From the NCBI GenBank assembly GCA_043827405.1, contig JBDRPD010000108.1, forward strand, positions 57,617 to 121,616: DNA of 64,000 nt, read 5' to 3'. A model generated the notes under the pieces. It had not been told where the DNA came from and ran no database searches. It saw only the letters and a list, made by a program, of their open reading frames with translations. The number at the start of each line of letters is the position of its first letter. Within the stretch, counting starts at the first letter, position 1. This stretch comes from Elusimicrobiota bacterium (GTDB taxonomy: Bacteria; Elusimicrobiota; Elusimicrobia; UBA1565). Position numbers and translations under genes: made by a program. Shown piece after piece: positions 62,702 through 64,000 of this stretch.

Positions 62702-62744
62702 GTTATACGTAGTATTAGTATAACCTACGTATAACTCCTGTCAA
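62702..62744 (-). promoter_or_regulatory. Sigma70 promoter with 11-bp inverted-repeat operator
   Basis: TTGACA (62744-39)-N16-TATACT (62722-17); GTTATACGTAG 62702-12 / CTACGTATAAC 62725-35. Confidence 0.75.
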
Positions 62745-62781
62745 GGCTGGATCGACGCGTCCCGGAGACGTGCGCGCGGCG

Positions 62782-64000
62782 TCAGCGGGGGCGGATCACC
62801 ACATCCGCGCCGGCCTGCAGGGAAGGCGTCTGCTCCCGGTTCTGCCGCCGGGCTTGGTCCTGGACCTTGGGCTTGAGATACTCGTAAAGTCCCTGCGCCG
62901 TCACCCGCCCGTCCGCCGCCAGCCCTTTCAGGAAGTAGTAGGTGAAGATGCCGTGGCCTTCCCGATCGAGAGTGGAGGTGATCTCATCACCCGAGGCGGC
63001 GGCGAAGAGGACGATCTTGCCCTGCGGAACGACCCCTTCCTGGATCTTCATGACCAGCGGGCGCGCGCCCTTGGCCAGGACCGAGCGGCCGCCGGCGCCG
63101 GAGAAGCAGGCGTCGAGGGCGGCGATCACGCGCTTAGCCCGGAGCTTGTCGAGAGAGGCGTAGAGCCGTTTGAGGGGGTAGGCGGTGCTCTTGAGAAACT
63201 GCGGGTTGCCGTCCCAGGGCACCAGGTAGGCGTCGCCGGTCTGCGCGTCGGGCGCGCCGTGCCCGGAGTAGTAGAAGAAGACCGTGGACTCCGGCTTGAC
63301 GTTCTTCGGCAGCCACTCTTCAAGGTAGCCCTGGAAGGTGGCGCGCGTCGCGTCCGCGCCTTTGAGATGGATAATGTTGCGCTCCGGGTAGCCGAGCGCC
63401 AGGAGGTGACGGCGCACGGCGTCCGCATCGCGGTCGGCGTAGTCCGCCGCCGCCAGGTCCTTATACTTATCGATGCCGATGACGAGCGCGAAGTCGTTGG
63501 GGTTCTCCGCGAGCTGATAGCCCGGCTCGTCGACGACGGAGGTCCTGGGCGCCGGCGGGGCTGCGGCCGCGGTCTTGTGAGGCAGGGACTCGGCCAGCGC
63601 CAGCAGGCCCTTGGCCGAGGGCAGGGACTTCCCCAGCTGCCGGAGGACCTGATCGAACGCGCGCCGGGTCGCGCCCTGGACCGCCGGCGGGCCGACGCCC
63701 TTGGGCTTGACCAGGGCTTTGGCTTCGACCTTATCGAGCGGCTTCTTGTCCAAGGTGAGGAAGTGCAGGCCGATGCGCACGTCCGCCTTGTGGAAGATGC
63801 TCATTGGCGTCTTGGCGTAGATATCGAGCACGGCTCCCACGGAGGCGTCGGTGCGCGCGAGCTGATCGATGTCGTCGACTTTCTCCACCGAGCGGAAATT
63901 ATCGCGCAGGAAGTTGATCGTCTCCGTGAACACGAAGCTCTGATCGATCCCCTGGCTCCACATGCTGCTGCGCTGTTTGATGATCTCCATGGACTTGCGC
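62782..64000 (-). CDS. Caspase family (C14) protease, 5' end probably outside window
   Basis: FALVIGIDKY, YYSGHGAP (His), ALDACFSG (Cys), HGIFTYYFLKGL, QTPSL. Confidence 0.88.
   Translation of the reverse strand, partial: RKSMEIIKQRSSMWSQGIDQSFVFTETINFLRDNFRSVEKVDDIDQLARTDASVGAVLDIYAKTPMSIFHKADVRIGLHFLTLDKKPLDKVEAKALVKPKGVGPPAVQGATRRAFDQVLRQLGKSLPSAKGLLALAESLPHKTAAAAPPAPRTSVVDEPGYQLAENPNDFALVIGIDKYKDLAAADYADRDADAVRRHLLALGYPERNIIHLKGADATRATFQGYLEEWLPKNVKPESTVFFYYSGHGAPDAQTGDAYLVPWDGNPQFLKSTAYPLKRLYASLDKLRAKRVIAALDACFSGAGGRSVLAKGARPLVMKIQEGVVPQGKIVLFAAASGDEITSTLDREGHGIFTYYFLKGLAADGRVTAQGLYEYLKPKVQDQARRQNREQTPSLQAGADVVIRPR

Noticed and set aside
62702..62735. dif/Xer recombination site
   Set aside because: Arms are 11 bp but the spacer is 12 rather than 6, with no XerD-arm similarity; better explained as an operator.

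Overview
GC-rich, densely coded bacterial chromosome window. The gene content (TPR-TM-kinase receptors, caspase, Tad pseudopilin, pilin with an EGATKGNLAALRSAIQIYYGD segment) is consistent with Elusimicrobiota, but this is inference. Housekeeping genes (gatA partial, gatC, pcrA/uvrD, rlmD, ychF, trmH-like, rluA-like, msrBA) are interleaved with three accessory blocks. (1) 9-23.6 kb: four N-terminally anchored, Gly/Ala-stalked surface proteins with unrelated C-terminal tips, two of which share both protein motifs and an upstream DNA motif. They surround a secreted DNase I-like enzyme, a sugar-modification cassette and a Tad pseudopilin. (2) 35.6-50.8 kb: a co-directional run of N-formylglutamate amidohydrolase, MATCAP/DUF1704 peptidase, GshB-like ATP-grasp ligase, two SBP-OmpA fusions, vWA, XpaC-like, TelA, ABC transporter, YeiH and an ECF sigma/anti-sigma pair. 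(3) 50.8-57.6 kb: an ECF sigma/ZAS anti-sigma/RseB locus with eight copies of a GGAACT(T/C)-N14-(C/A)(G/A)TAGT promoter, defining a local regulon that includes the peptidase/ligase operon. The window ends with a third ECF operon, a Fic gene, a deleted nucleotidyltransferase remnant and a partial caspase. No rRNA, tRNA, CRISPR array or transposase was recognised. All calls come from motif recognition by eye; no database searches were run.
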